Shown one piece after another: positions 41,905 through 51,604 of a stretch of DNA of 64,000 nucleotides. Position 1 is the stretch's first letter, and every line of letters starts with the position of its first letter. The notes below the pieces were generated by a model. It ran no database searches. It was not told the origin of the DNA and saw nothing but the letters and a program-made list of their open reading frames with translations. Origin of the DNA: Sedimentisphaerales bacterium (GTDB lineage Bacteria; Planctomycetota; Phycisphaerae; Sedimentisphaerales; SM23-30); contig CAXXMR010000013.1 of NCBI GenBank assembly GCA_963663805.2, positions 416,001 through 480,000 on the forward strand, given 5' to 3'. The position numbers and the translations under genes are program-made.

Positions 41905-44459
41905 ATGCCCTCCGTCAGTTCCAGGCGTAAATCTTTCTGGAGTTGGCCATAATGCTCCTGCTCCTCCTCGTAAAAAGCCTGAAGTTTTTTATCGCCGGCC
42001 CGGTCAGCCAAAGCTCCCAGTTGCGAAAGCGAAAAACGAATCCGAGAAATATTGTCAGTCAGTGCGAAGCGTTCGCCGCTATCGATAAGCTCTTTCATTT
42101 TTTTGTATTCGGCCTCAAAATAATCCTCCACCTCATTTTTAAGGCCCAGGGTCATGCCAGCCCGGAATACCGCGCCGTAAATCATCTGGCAATAATGGTC
42201 GAGTTCCAGCCCTTTGAGCAAATCGAAACCCTGTCTACGCAAATTGCCATTACCGCTATGACACCAATAGAACCCGCGTGACATCTTTTCGGACATTTCA
42301 TCGGGATAATTCAATTTGCCGCTGTCCAGGGCCTCAAATAATTTTTGATTAGAGCTGGCATTCTTACGCAGCATAATGGCAAATGTCGAGTCAATATAAA
42401 CGGTTTCCCAGTTGCCGGACTGTTCCAGTAAACGCAGGTTGGGTTCGGATTTCATTACATTAAGCAGGGCGACATTGACACCTTCACGCTGGAGCGTTTC
42501 ATCGTATTGCTGGGCACTCAAGGCTCGGCGATTGTCATCTCTGCCGCCTTTGAGGTTTTGCCAATGTTCAAAATGTGACAGCTCATAGGCAGCCTGAGCC
42601 CGGCCGTCGATATAGGCTTTACAGGCTGGTTCGCCTTTTTCGTTGGGATGCTGGCCGAAAGCTATGAAGCCGCCATTCACCCAGCCGTTGAAAACTGTTC
42701 CCTGCAAGTGATTCAAATCAAAAAAACGTATCGCTTCCACCGGCTGAGCGGTGATACCGACCATCCGCCGAAACATTGATAACTTATAACCATCGTAAGC
42801 GGGTTTGTAATATATCTCGTTAATGCCGTTTGCGAATACCCAGCCGATTAACGCGGTGCCGACCAGTGAGGTAAGTGCCAGAGCTGATTTGAGTTTTGGA
42901 CCCATCGGATTCAAGACGAGTTCCTTCTTTTGCCGTGCCCGCATCAGCACCCGAACCATGTTGATTATATCCTGAGCTATTTTGGCGATGAACGGGGCGA
43001 GTACCACTCCGCCCAGGAAAATGAAACGGCGCGACTTAATCGACATAATCAAAGTTATGCCCATTATGCCGATATAGGCTAAGTCGATTTGGGGCCAGGG
43101 GCAGTCGTCGGGCTGGCTATCGGTCTTGCGAGACCGGTGGCTGGTTTCATCAACAGCACTTGTCGGCTTGAGCAGATAAAGCACCCACCACAGCACAAAC
43201 AACAACGCGCCAATGGTCAGGAAATAACAATAAGGGCCTTCATTGCCGAAGCCCAGGCCGTCCCATATTGGCCGCCATTCGATAACGCTGCGCCATTTCT
43301 GGCCTTCCTTGCCGGCAGCGACCACCAGAGGATGCAGCAGGTTTTCCAGGCCGAACGGACTGAAAATCGCAGGGACCAGCCAGGTCGCTCCGGCGGCACC
43401 TGCAAGCATTACCAAACTACGCCGCTTGGGGCGATATATAACGTTTCCGCCCAGACGTTTCATCCGTAAACCTACGCCCACCGCGATTGCCAGGGACACT
43501 ATTGCCGATAAATATCCCGCCACACGCCAGGGGGCGTAGTTATCTTTGATTTCCGTTAATTGCTCATTCAGAGTTTGGGCATCCTGAGCCCGGCCGGCAA
43601 GCTGAAGTTTCTCGACATTGTCGGCTATTTTATCCAGTTCCTCACCCAAACCGCCCGCTCCGGAAAGGAGCATGAACGCCGCCACTATAAAACCCAGAAT
43701 TAAAAAAACATAAGTCGACCGTCCCAGATAATGATGAATCGCGTAACTTGCCAGCACAATCATCATTATCATAATCGCGTAAATAAAACCGCCGTGTACG
43801 TTCGACCATAAAATCAGGACCGGCAGCAGGGCATATAAGGCCCTGACCTTGCCCTGTCGCCAATATGCCAGAATCAATATCAGGGCCGCGGCGAAGAGAA
43901 TTGAACTCTGGTTGGGCCTTAAATCTATGAATGAACGGCTGAGCAGCATGCCAAAAGCGGCTGCTCCGGCAGCCAGTATCGGATGTGCACCCATGACCCG
44001 ACCAGCCCAATATGCCAAGAGGCCTGTAAGGACAGCTTGCAGGAATTTGTAGACGACGATGGAATTTTCGCCCCACCAGGTCTTCATGCGATAGAAGACC
44101 ACATGCGTCAGCCAGTTCTGGTTTACCCAGCCGAAATATCTGCCGGTGCTGTCTTCGGGTATGTAGGGCCTGCTATTGGCACCGAAAGGGTCGCGTTTGG
44201 TCATGTGAATCCCAAACAAATCCAGCAGTTTCATCTGTACGGTACGGCCCTCCTGCTCCAGAGCCCATGCTCCCAGCGTATAGCGCCCGCAGGCCATCGC
44301 GACCCAGGTATCTCCGCCGCCGATGGGTTTGTCCGCACTGTGCAAAGATGCCGCTATGACAAGCAGCAAACAGCCCAGCCACATCAAAGCTGAGCCGCGT
44401 TTTTTGTCCGCACCTGAGCCTTGGGCTTTCAATGGAGACAACTGAGCCTGTTCTGCCAT
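41895..44459 (-). CDS. Large polytopic membrane protein, GT-C-like
   Basis: Many TMs; motifs DTW, NQNWL, RP, WSNVHGGF, EW, GGFI, YIDGR. Confidence 0.75.
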   Translation of the reverse strand: MAEQAQLSPLKAQGSGADKKRGSALMWLGCLLLVIAASLHSADKPIGGGDTWVAMACGRYTLGAWALEQEGRTVQMKLLDLFGIHMTKRDPFGANSRPYIPEDSTGRYFGWVNQNWLTHVVFYRMKTWWGENSIVVYKFLQAVLTGLLAYWAGRVMGAHPILAAGAAAFGMLLSRSFIDLRPNQSSILFAAALILILAYWRQGKVRALYALLPVLILWSNVHGGFIYAIMIMMIVLASYAIHHYLGRSTYVFLILGFIVAAFMLLSGAGGLGEELDKIADNVEKLQLAGRAQDAQTLNEQLTEIKDNYAPWRVAGYLSAIVSLAIAVGVGLRMKRLGGNVIYRPKRRSLVMLAGAAGATWLVPAIFSPFGLENLLHPLVVAAGKEGQKWRSVIEWRPIWDGLGFGNEGPYCYFLTIGALLFVLWWVLYLLKPTSAVDETSHRSRKTDSQPDDCPWPQIDLAYIGIMGITLIMSIKSRRFIFLGGVVLAPFIAKIAQDIINMVRVLMRARQKKELVLNPMGPKLKSALALTSLVGTALIGWVFANGINEIYYKPAYDGYKLSMFRRMVGITAQPVEAIRFFDLNHLQGTVFNGWVNGGFIAFGQHPNEKGEPACKAYIDGRAQAAYELSHFEHWQNLKGGRDDNRRALSAQQYDETLQREGVNVALLNVMKSEPNLRLLEQSGNWETVYIDSTFAIMLRKNASSNQKLFEALDSGKLNYPDEMSEKMSRGFYWCHSGNGNLRRQGFDLLKGLELDHYCQMIYGAVFRAGMTLGLKNEVEDYFEAEYKKMKELIDSGERFALTDNISRIRFSLSQLGALADRAGDKKLQAFYEEEQEHYGQLQKDLRLELTEGMWW

Positions 44460-44778
44460 GAATCAACCTTTCTCAATTCCTAATGCCATAGAGCCGCCTG
44501 TTTAACCGCGGCAACTACTTTAGTATAAAAGGGTTGCTGTTTCATAGCAAGAACCGTTCCGGTTTGGTCCGGTAACGGCGGCGGGGCGTTCTATATAAGC
44601 TTAATGTGTTGGGAGTAAAGAAGTTAGAATGCCGAAGCTTATCGACTTTGTCATGAATCTTTTGGGCGATTGGCCCGGTCGGAAGCGGTTTGTTTTGACC
44701 TTTGGGGGGATTTCTTTTAGTATCCGGGGTTGTAGCTGATACGTGTAGTTTTGATATTTGCTGTGGGAATTGAAATTA

Positions 44779-45666
44779 ATGGCTGAGAATACTATCATCA
44801 ATGGCGACTGTATCGAGGTTTTGGCTAAGCTGACAGCTGAGAACGGCGGGGCGGGGTTTGCGGATTTGATTTTTGCGGACCCGCCTTTTAATATCGGCTA
44901 CGATTACGATAAGTACAATGACAACCTTGAACATGAGGACTATCTGGCCTGGACGAAGCGGTGGATGCAGGCCTGCTGTGATGCTCTGAAGGATAACGGC
45001 TCGTTCTGGATAGCGATTGGCGATGATTACGCGGCGGATATTCGGGTGATTGCGCGTGATATGGATTTGGGGGAATTAGCCCGTCCTAAGGACAAACGCC
45101 GGAGGAAAAAGCCGGCCCAGCCGGGTCTGACTTTGCGGAACTGGATAATCTGGTATTATACTTTCGGGCAGCAGACCAAGATGAAGTTCGCTCGTTCGCA
45201 TACTCACATTTTTTATTTTGTGAAGAATCCGAAGGATTTCATTTTTAACGATATGTCAATTCGAGTGCCGTCGGCTCGTCAGACGACTTATAATGACAAG
45301 CGAGCCGATAGTCGCGGGAGGGTGCCGGATGATACCTGGATTTTGCGGCCTCAGGAAATTGAATCATCCTTTCAGCCGGATGAGGATACCTGGCATATTC
45401 CGCGGGTATGCGGGACGTTCAAGGAGCGGGCGGGTTTTCACGGCTGTCAGATGCCGGAGAAACTGCTGGAGCGGATAATCCTGACCGCCAGCGACCCGGA
45501 ACATCTGGTATTGGACCCGTTCAGCGGGTCGGGCACTACGGTGGTGGCGGCGGCGAATCTGGGACGGCGGTATCTGGGGATTGATATGTCCGAGAGCTAT
45601 GTGGAGCAGGGGCTGGAGCGGTTGAAAAATCGCGGCGGTGGGCTTTTTGATAATGTTGAACCGTGA
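44779..45666 (+). CDS. Orphan N6/N4 DNA methyltransferase (beta class)
   Basis: Catalytic DPPF precedes SAM-binding DPFSGSGT; no adjacent endonuclease. Confidence 0.92.
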   Translation: MAENTIINGDCIEVLAKLTAENGGAGFADLIFADPPFNIGYDYDKYNDNLEHEDYLAWTKRWMQACCDALKDNGSFWIAIGDDYAADIRVIARDMDLGELARPKDKRRRKKPAQPGLTLRNWIIWYYTFGQQTKMKFARSHTHIFYFVKNPKDFIFNDMSIRVPSARQTTYNDKRADSRGRVPDDTWILRPQEIESSFQPDEDTWHIPRVCGTFKERAGFHGCQMPEKLLERIILTASDPEHLVLDPFSGSGTTVVAAANLGRRYLGIDMSESYVEQGLERLKNRGGGLFDNVEP

Positions 45667-45676
45667 TTTAAGTAAA

Positions 45677-45744
45677 GAAATATTTAACCGCAGAGTGCGT
45701 ATCGCACAGATAGACAGCTGCGGATTGACGCGGATTTTTTAACG
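45677..45744 (-). repeat. Dispersed 9-10-bp-unit repeat module (inverted copy)
   Basis: Reverse complement shares TTAAAAA(A)TCCGCGT and GCGGTTAAATATTTC ends with 51605-51638. Confidence 0.8.
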
Positions 45745-45802
45745 ACAACGAGGATTTTGGTATGCGTTGACGGGATAATTCGAGTGAAAGATAAATGATT
45801 CT

Positions 45803-47010
45803 ATGGATTTGAAATGTCGGCGTTGGTTTGAGGTGGGTATTTCTGGCGATAATGTTTGTGGCCGATGGGATGGTCTGGGCGGATAAGGGGCGGTTTGTGG
45901 TGGTTGATACTCTGCCGGGCGCTACGATCGCTCACGCGGCGGCGGGGCTCGATGATGGCACGGTGCTGGTTACGGGCGGGTACGGCAAGATGCTGAATAT
46001 GATTCCGCTGGCCAGCAGTCTGGGGCGGATTTTTGATGGGGTTAGTTTGAAGTGGAGGATAACAGCCGGGAGACTTAATTTGGGGCGGATAAATCACGCG
46101 GCGGTTAAGCTGTCGGATGGCTCGGTGCTTATCGCGGGGGGGGCGGGGGCAGGATGGCAAGCCGATGCACAGTATCGAAAGGTATGACCCGGCGAGTCAG
46201 AAGTTTTATCTGGTGGGAGACATGGTGAAGTCGCGGTCGGGGCCGGTTTTGACGGTTATTGATGACCAGCGGGTGTTGGTTACGGGTGGGCCTTTTGACG
46301 CGGAGATTATCGAGGTGCCGGGGGCAGTTGATGAAAAACACCCGGTGCGGGTGCTGGAATCGAAGCTTCGCTATCGGCATGATGAACATGTATGCGTGCG
46401 AACTCTGGGCGGCGAAATTGTGATTGTGGGGGGGCGTACCAGCGGCATTGAGCATTTCGATGGGGCCAGTGAGACGTTTTACGCGAGCAAGGCACGGTTG
46501 CCGCGGGTGCTGGATGATTTTGTGGCGCTGCTGCTTTATGATGGTCGGATTCTGCTGGCGGGCGGGCAGGATATTTATACGATGCAATCGGTGAATACAA
46601 TTTTTATTTATGATGCGGTTAAGCAGGAACTAACGGCGGGGCCCACGTTTGTTGCGACTGCTGAGGGGGTGGCCCAGCCGGGTGCGGCTGATATGAAGGC
46701 GGTTGATTTGTATGAAGGGGACGCGGAGAAATGGGGACGATATATTTTTCTGGCTGGTGGTGAATATGACCCGGGCAAGGGGGGCAAAGGTGGTGATGTG
46801 ATACTGGATTCGGCGTTTATTTATAACGCTGTGGATAATACGATTGTTTCGGTGGGGCCGATGAATTATCAGCATGATGAGTTTGCGGCGGCTTCGCTGC
46901 CGGTCGATGTGAATGGTGACAGGCGGGCCTTGATCGTGGGAGGCTATGGCCCTCACGATAAGGTAGAGGCTTTTTGTGAGATTTTTTCGGTAAGAATTCC
47001 CTGGGACTGA
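45803..47010 (+). CDS. Secreted Kelch-repeat protein (+1 frameshift at 46136-46143, probably also ~45828)
   Basis: Repeated L.DG.VL..GG Kelch motifs; corrected N-terminus resembles a signal peptide. Confidence 0.8.
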
Positions 47011-47061
47011 CGTTTTTATTTTGTAACATTTTGGGGGATGGAACGACTTGCAGGTATGGTT

Positions 47062-48243
47062 ATGAAGATTGTTATCGCACCGGATTCGTTTAAGGGGTCG
47101 CTGTCGGCATTGGAGGCTTCTGAGGCTATTGAGCGGGGTCTCAGGCGGGTTCGGCCTGATATTGATACGGTTATTGTGCCGATGGCTGACGGTGGGGAGG
47201 GGACTGTTGACGCTCTGGTGGCGGCTAATAAGGGCAGGGTTCGTGAGGTTGAGGTTTGCGGGCCTTTGGCGGGGATGAAGGTTGGGGCGAGTTATGGGAT
47301 TTTGCCGGATGGGACAGCGGTTATCGAGATGGCTGCCGCGGCGGGTCTGCCGCTGTTGAAGGATGAGCATCGGAATCCATTTGAGACGACCAGCTATGGT
47401 GTGGGTGAGCTGATTATTGATGCGGTGGTTCAGGGGTGTCGGCAGTTTATTGTGGGGATAGGCGGCTCGGCGACTAATGACTGTGGGACGGGGCTGGTAC
47501 AGGCATTGGGGGTTAGGTTTTATGATGACACTGATAAGGAATTCGTTGAGCCGATGAATTGCCGTTTGAACGGACTGGTCAAGAATATCGATGTTGCCGG
47601 GCTTCATCCGATGTTAGCCGAATGTGAATTTACGGTGGCTTGCGATGTTGAGAATCCTTTGCTGGGGGCACGAGGGGCGACTTATGTTTATTCACCTCAG
47701 AAGGGTGCCCGCAAGGAGGATTTGCCGGTGCTGGAATCGAATATGTCTCATGTGGCGAGGATTATCCAGCCTTATGCCGAAGTTGATTTGGCAAGTTATC
47801 CGGGCTTGGGTGCTTCGGGTGGCTTGGCGGTGACTATGCTGACTTTTTTGCGGGCGAAGCTGGGGGCGGGGATTAAGATTGTGATTGAACAGAGTAATTT
47901 TGCGGAGAGGATCGCGGGTGCTGATTTGATTATTACGGGCGAGGGGCGAGTTGACGGTCAGACGGTTTATGGTAAGACCATTGCTGGTATTGCTGCGGCG
48001 GCGGGCGAGAAGAGCGTGCCGGTTGTCGCCATGGCTGGCTGTCTGGGTGAGGGAGCGGCGGAAGTTTTGGGTATTGGGGTTGGGGCGGTAGTGCCGATTT
48101 GCAGTGGGCCTATGACTTTGGCTGAGGCGATGGCAAACGCGCCGGAATTGCTTTCGGATGCGGCGGAGCGGGTGTTCCGTCTGATTTTATTGGGCGGACC
48201 TAAACAGGGTGTAACAGCTGTGAAAAATGTACATATAATGTAA
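47062..48243 (+). CDS. glxK: Glycerate kinase (GlxK/GarK family)
   Basis: MKIVIAPDSFKGS, PMADGGEGT, IGGSATND, ITGEG. Confidence 0.94.
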   Translation: MKIVIAPDSFKGSLSALEASEAIERGLRRVRPDIDTVIVPMADGGEGTVDALVAANKGRVREVEVCGPLAGMKVGASYGILPDGTAVIEMAAAAGLPLLKDEHRNPFETTSYGVGELIIDAVVQGCRQFIVGIGGSATNDCGTGLVQALGVRFYDDTDKEFVEPMNCRLNGLVKNIDVAGLHPMLAECEFTVACDVENPLLGARGATYVYSPQKGARKEDLPVLESNMSHVARIIQPYAEVDLASYPGLGASGGLAVTMLTFLRAKLGAGIKIVIEQSNFAERIAGADLIITGEGRVDGQTVYGKTIAGIAAAAGEKSVPVVAMAGCLGEGAAEVLGIGVGAVVPICSGPMTLAEAMANAPELLSDAAERVFRLILLGGPKQGVTAVKNVHIM

Positions 48244-48297
48244 GACTTTTATTTTTAGGGGTTTAGGTTTTTGTAAAAGTCTTTTGATAAACTAACT

Positions 48298-48325
48298 TTG
48301 CATTTTGGCAATCATCTGCTATACT
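48298..48325 (+). promoter_or_regulatory. Sigma70 promoter with extended -10
   Basis: TTGCAT-N16-TATACT with TGn. Confidence 0.6.
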
Positions 48326-48466
48326 ATTTTGCCCAGTGGTATGGACCTGCTGTTAGAGCCTAACAGGTCCGTCCAGCCCGCGGCTGACGTTGTGGGGGGA
48401 GTTATTGTAGCAGAAAAATGAGTTTACGCGGCATACCTAGGCGGCAGAAAGCCGATTGCATAATAT

Positions 48467-49963
48467 ATGATTCGTTTCAAGATATATGACCAGGGCAAAG
48501 AAGTTGCAGATATGCCGTTGAACGGCTCTTACCTTTTTGCTCAGGATGAGATACCGGTTCGGGGCCGGTTGGAATTCGCTGACGGTGAGTTGTTGGGCAT
48601 TCGTCATAGTGATTCGGCTATTGGGCTGGCCTCGTTATGGAATGTACCTGAATTTGGTAAGGTGTTTTTGCAGACCACACGGCTGCCGGAACGTGACAAG
48701 GCTTATAATCTGAATGTCGAGATCGCCCGGGGGCGTTTGCTGCGTCTTAATCAGAAGCGTGAAGAGTGGGGGATGGTTGACTTGCAGCTCACCGAGGAGC
48801 ATCATAAGCTCATTGATGGGGCGATGGATAATTTTGTGCTGGCGCTATGCAATGCCGAGAAGCCCGGTCAGGCTGCATTGTACGCAGACCGTTCGCTGAA
48901 GCTGGCGATGGACGCGGGCGAGGCGATGGCGGCGGCTCACGCGGAGATGTTTCTGGCCCGTCGGAGCAGTACCCAGGGTTTTGGTCGTCATAGTTTTGGC
49001 TGCTGTTTCAATCCTTCCCGGATAAAAGACAAAGAATATCTGAAGCTCATCAAGAGTAATTTTCATTTTGTGACTATACCGGTCAGTTGGCGTCAGATTC
49101 AGCCGGAGGAACAGCGTCAGGATTTTGAGCTTCTGGATGAGTGTGTGGAGTGGTTGTCGCATAATCGTATCGCTATCAAGGTCGGTCCTTTGATTAGTTT
49201 TTCGCCGAATATGGTGCCGGACTGGCTTTACATCTGGGAAAACGATTTTGAGCAGCTTCGCGAGATGGCTTATGAATATGTCACCAGTGTGGTTGAGCGT
49301 TATGGTAATAAGGTTCAGGCCTGGGATGTTGTCAGTGGTTTGAACGCTGACAATTGTTTTCGCTTCAGTTTTGACCAGATAATAGAGATGACTCGTTCGG
49401 CGTGTCTGGCAGCGAAGCGGGCGTTTCAGCGTTGTTTGGTACTGGTAGAGTTGACAGAGCCTTGGGGTGAATATTACGCGGTTAATCAGCGTACGGTTCC
49501 GCCCATGATTTATGCCGATATGGTAGTGCAGAGCGGGGTTAATTTTGATGGCTACGGTTTGAAAATTCGTTTCGGCCGGGGCGGGGCGGGCATGTGGAGC
49601 CGTGATTTGCTGGAACTTTCGGGGCTTTTGGACCGGTTTGCGGCATTTGGCAAGCAGGTTCATCTCTCTGGGGTTCAGGTTCCCAGCAGGCCGGACCCGC
49701 GTGACAATGTGGGCAAGATTGGTGACCCGGGCTTCTGGCATGAGCCCTGGAGTGAGGAGATTCAAGCCCGCTGGCTGGATAGTGTTTATCGTATCGCGCT
49801 GAGCAAGCCTTATGTTGAAACTGTTACGTGGCAGGATTTTGCGGACTGCGAGGACGGCATTCTTATGTCGGGCGGTCTGGTGAATAGTGACCTTACGCCT
49901 AAAGCGGTTTATGAGACTTTTGGCGGTTTGAAGAAAAATCTTGTCAAGCCGACGAAAAAGTGA
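48467..49963 (+). CDS. GH10-like (xylanase-fold) protein, apparently lacking catalytic glutamates
   Basis: W..IQPE, VERYG...WDVV, TVTWQD, GGL...TPK pattern; no signal peptide. Confidence 0.8.
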   Translation: MIRFKIYDQGKEVADMPLNGSYLFAQDEIPVRGRLEFADGELLGIRHSDSAIGLASLWNVPEFGKVFLQTTRLPERDKAYNLNVEIARGRLLRLNQKREEWGMVDLQLTEEHHKLIDGAMDNFVLALCNAEKPGQAALYADRSLKLAMDAGEAMAAAHAEMFLARRSSTQGFGRHSFGCCFNPSRIKDKEYLKLIKSNFHFVTIPVSWRQIQPEEQRQDFELLDECVEWLSHNRIAIKVGPLISFSPNMVPDWLYIWENDFEQLREMAYEYVTSVVERYGNKVQAWDVVSGLNADNCFRFSFDQIIEMTRSACLAAKRAFQRCLVLVELTEPWGEYYAVNQRTVPPMIYADMVVQSGVNFDGYGLKIRFGRGGAGMWSRDLLELSGLLDRFAAFGKQVHLSGVQVPSRPDPRDNVGKIGDPGFWHEPWSEEIQARWLDSVYRIALSKPYVETVTWQDFADCEDGILMSGGLVNSDLTPKAVYETFGGLKKNLVKPTKK

Positions 49964-49971
49964 GGGTTAAA

Positions 49972-50916
49972 ATGAATACCAGAATAATCCTGAACCTGAT
50001 TTTAGTGATGTTATTTCTGTTTGCGGGCTGTAATAGTTCGAAGGTGATTTATACGCAGGATGAGGAGGCCATTTACGCCAAACCTACTATCGCGGTGTCA
50101 CGCTTTGATGTTCGGGCGGTGACAAATACGCGGTGGAATATTGGTGATGGGATAGCTGATTTGGTTGCTGACCGGCTGGTGGATACACGTCGTTTTATGG
50201 TTTTGGAGCGTGATGAGCTGGAGGCGATGCTCGCTGATATGGCCCGCAGCAGTAAATTGCGTTCGGGACAGGGGGGAACCGCTGGGCGATTGAAAAATGT
50301 ACGCTTTTTGATTAAGGGGGATATTACTGATTTTGGCCAGATGCAGGATGAGGGGTGGTTTAGTTCAAAAAGCTATACAGTGGTGGCGGCGAAAATTGAG
50401 GTCGTGGATGTGCAGACAGGGCGGACGATTGCCTCAAGGGATGTGGTCGCCAGAGTCAAGAACAAGAAAGATTCTGAGCAGGCCGTAGCAATCGAAACAG
50501 CTGCTTTTGGGAGTTTGAGTTTTTATCAGACTTCAATCGGTCAGGCGACTTCGCAGATGGCTGATAAGGCAGTTGAAGCAATTGTGGAATCTATTGATGA
50601 TGAACCGTTTCAGCCGAAAATCGCTTCGGTGGTGGACGGCAGTATCGTAATAAACGCGGGGAAGGACCACCTGATACAAAAAAATGCGGTTTACATCGTT
50701 AGGCCTGAGCCTGAGCCGGTGCGTGACCCCGACAGCGGCGATATTCTGAGTTATGTCGCCGGCAGTAAGATTGGTATCATCCGGGTGACGCAGGTTATGG
50801 AGCGTATCTCTCTGGCAAAGGTCGTCGATGGTTCGGGTTTTCAGGCGGGCCAGACGCTGTTTCTGGACAGCGGCGGTGAGGCCGGACAAGTGGCACCGGT
50901 GGTGCAGAGTCATTAA
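49972..50916 (+). CDS. CsgG/HfaB-family lipoprotein with C-terminal beta domain
   Basis: Lipobox FAGC; RFMVLER; GDITDF; VVDVQTG. Confidence 0.8.
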   Translation: MNTRIILNLILVMLFLFAGCNSSKVIYTQDEEAIYAKPTIAVSRFDVRAVTNTRWNIGDGIADLVADRLVDTRRFMVLERDELEAMLADMARSSKLRSGQGGTAGRLKNVRFLIKGDITDFGQMQDEGWFSSKSYTVVAAKIEVVDVQTGRTIASRDVVARVKNKKDSEQAVAIETAAFGSLSFYQTSIGQATSQMADKAVEAIVESIDDEPFQPKIASVVDGSIVINAGKDHLIQKNAVYIVRPEPEPVRDPDSGDILSYVAGSKIGIIRVTQVMERISLAKVVDGSGFQAGQTLFLDSGGEAGQVAPVVQSH

Positions 50917-50978
50917 TCTCTTACAAATGACAAAAACAACCACAAGCCCCCTAGGGGCGAAAGAAAATGTTTTACCAT

Positions 50979-51574
50979 TAAATCCAAGCTAATCCACCGG
51001 CTCTGCCGGTGAGAATTTATAAGGCTCTGCCGTTAAGTGCGTTACAATGGTCCTCCTTGAGGAAGGCTCCTGGGGTCAAGGAGGACACTATGAAAGACTG
51101 GCAGAGTCAGGCCCATGTAAAATGGGACTGTAAGTATCATGTTGTTATTGTACCCAAATATCGTCGCAAAGCAATATTTGGTAAGTTGCGAAAGGAAATA
51201 GGTGCGATATTGCGAGAATTGTGCCGCCAATATGGGATAGAGCTTATAGAAGGTAACGCCATGGCAGACCATATTCATATGCTCCTGAGCGTTCCGCCCA
51301 AGTACAGCATCGCTATGACCATCGGTTATCTCAAAGGTAAAAGTGCCATCCGGATTTCTCGTGATCTGATGCGTACCAAAGGCACTCTCTTTGGCCGCAG
51401 TTTTTGGTCTCGCGGTTATTGTGTAAGTACCGTTGGTCTTGATGAAGCCCATATTCGTAAGTACATTCAAGATCAGGACAAGCATGAGCAAAATATTGAA
51501 AAAGGATTAGACTAACTGTAATGGCCCCTTTTAGGGGCCTTCCTCATACCACCGGCTCTGCCGGTGGTCATTGA
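50979..51574 (+). mobile_element. IS200/IS605-family insertion sequence (tnpA only; exact ends approximate)
   Basis: Identical hairpin CACCGGCTCTGCCGGTG at 50995-51011 and 51550-51566 flanking tnpA. Confidence 0.9.
51090..51515 (+). CDS. tnpA: IS200/IS605 HUH (Y1) transposase TnpA
   Basis: KYHVV..PKYRR, HUH motif DHIH, KGKSA, FWSRGY, KYIQDQ; AGGAGG RBS. Confidence 0.96.
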   Translation: MKDWQSQAHVKWDCKYHVVIVPKYRRKAIFGKLRKEIGAILRELCRQYGIELIEGNAMADHIHMLLSVPPKYSIAMTIGYLKGKSAIRISRDLMRTKGTLFGRSFWSRGYCVSTVGLDEAHIRKYIQDQDKHEQNIEKGLD

Positions 51575-51604
51575 TTCTCTTATCTCTTATGACTTATCTC
51601 TTAA

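Noticed and set aside
48306..48320. Sigma54 promoter TGGCAATCATCTGC
   Set aside because: GG-to-GC spacing is 9, not the required 10
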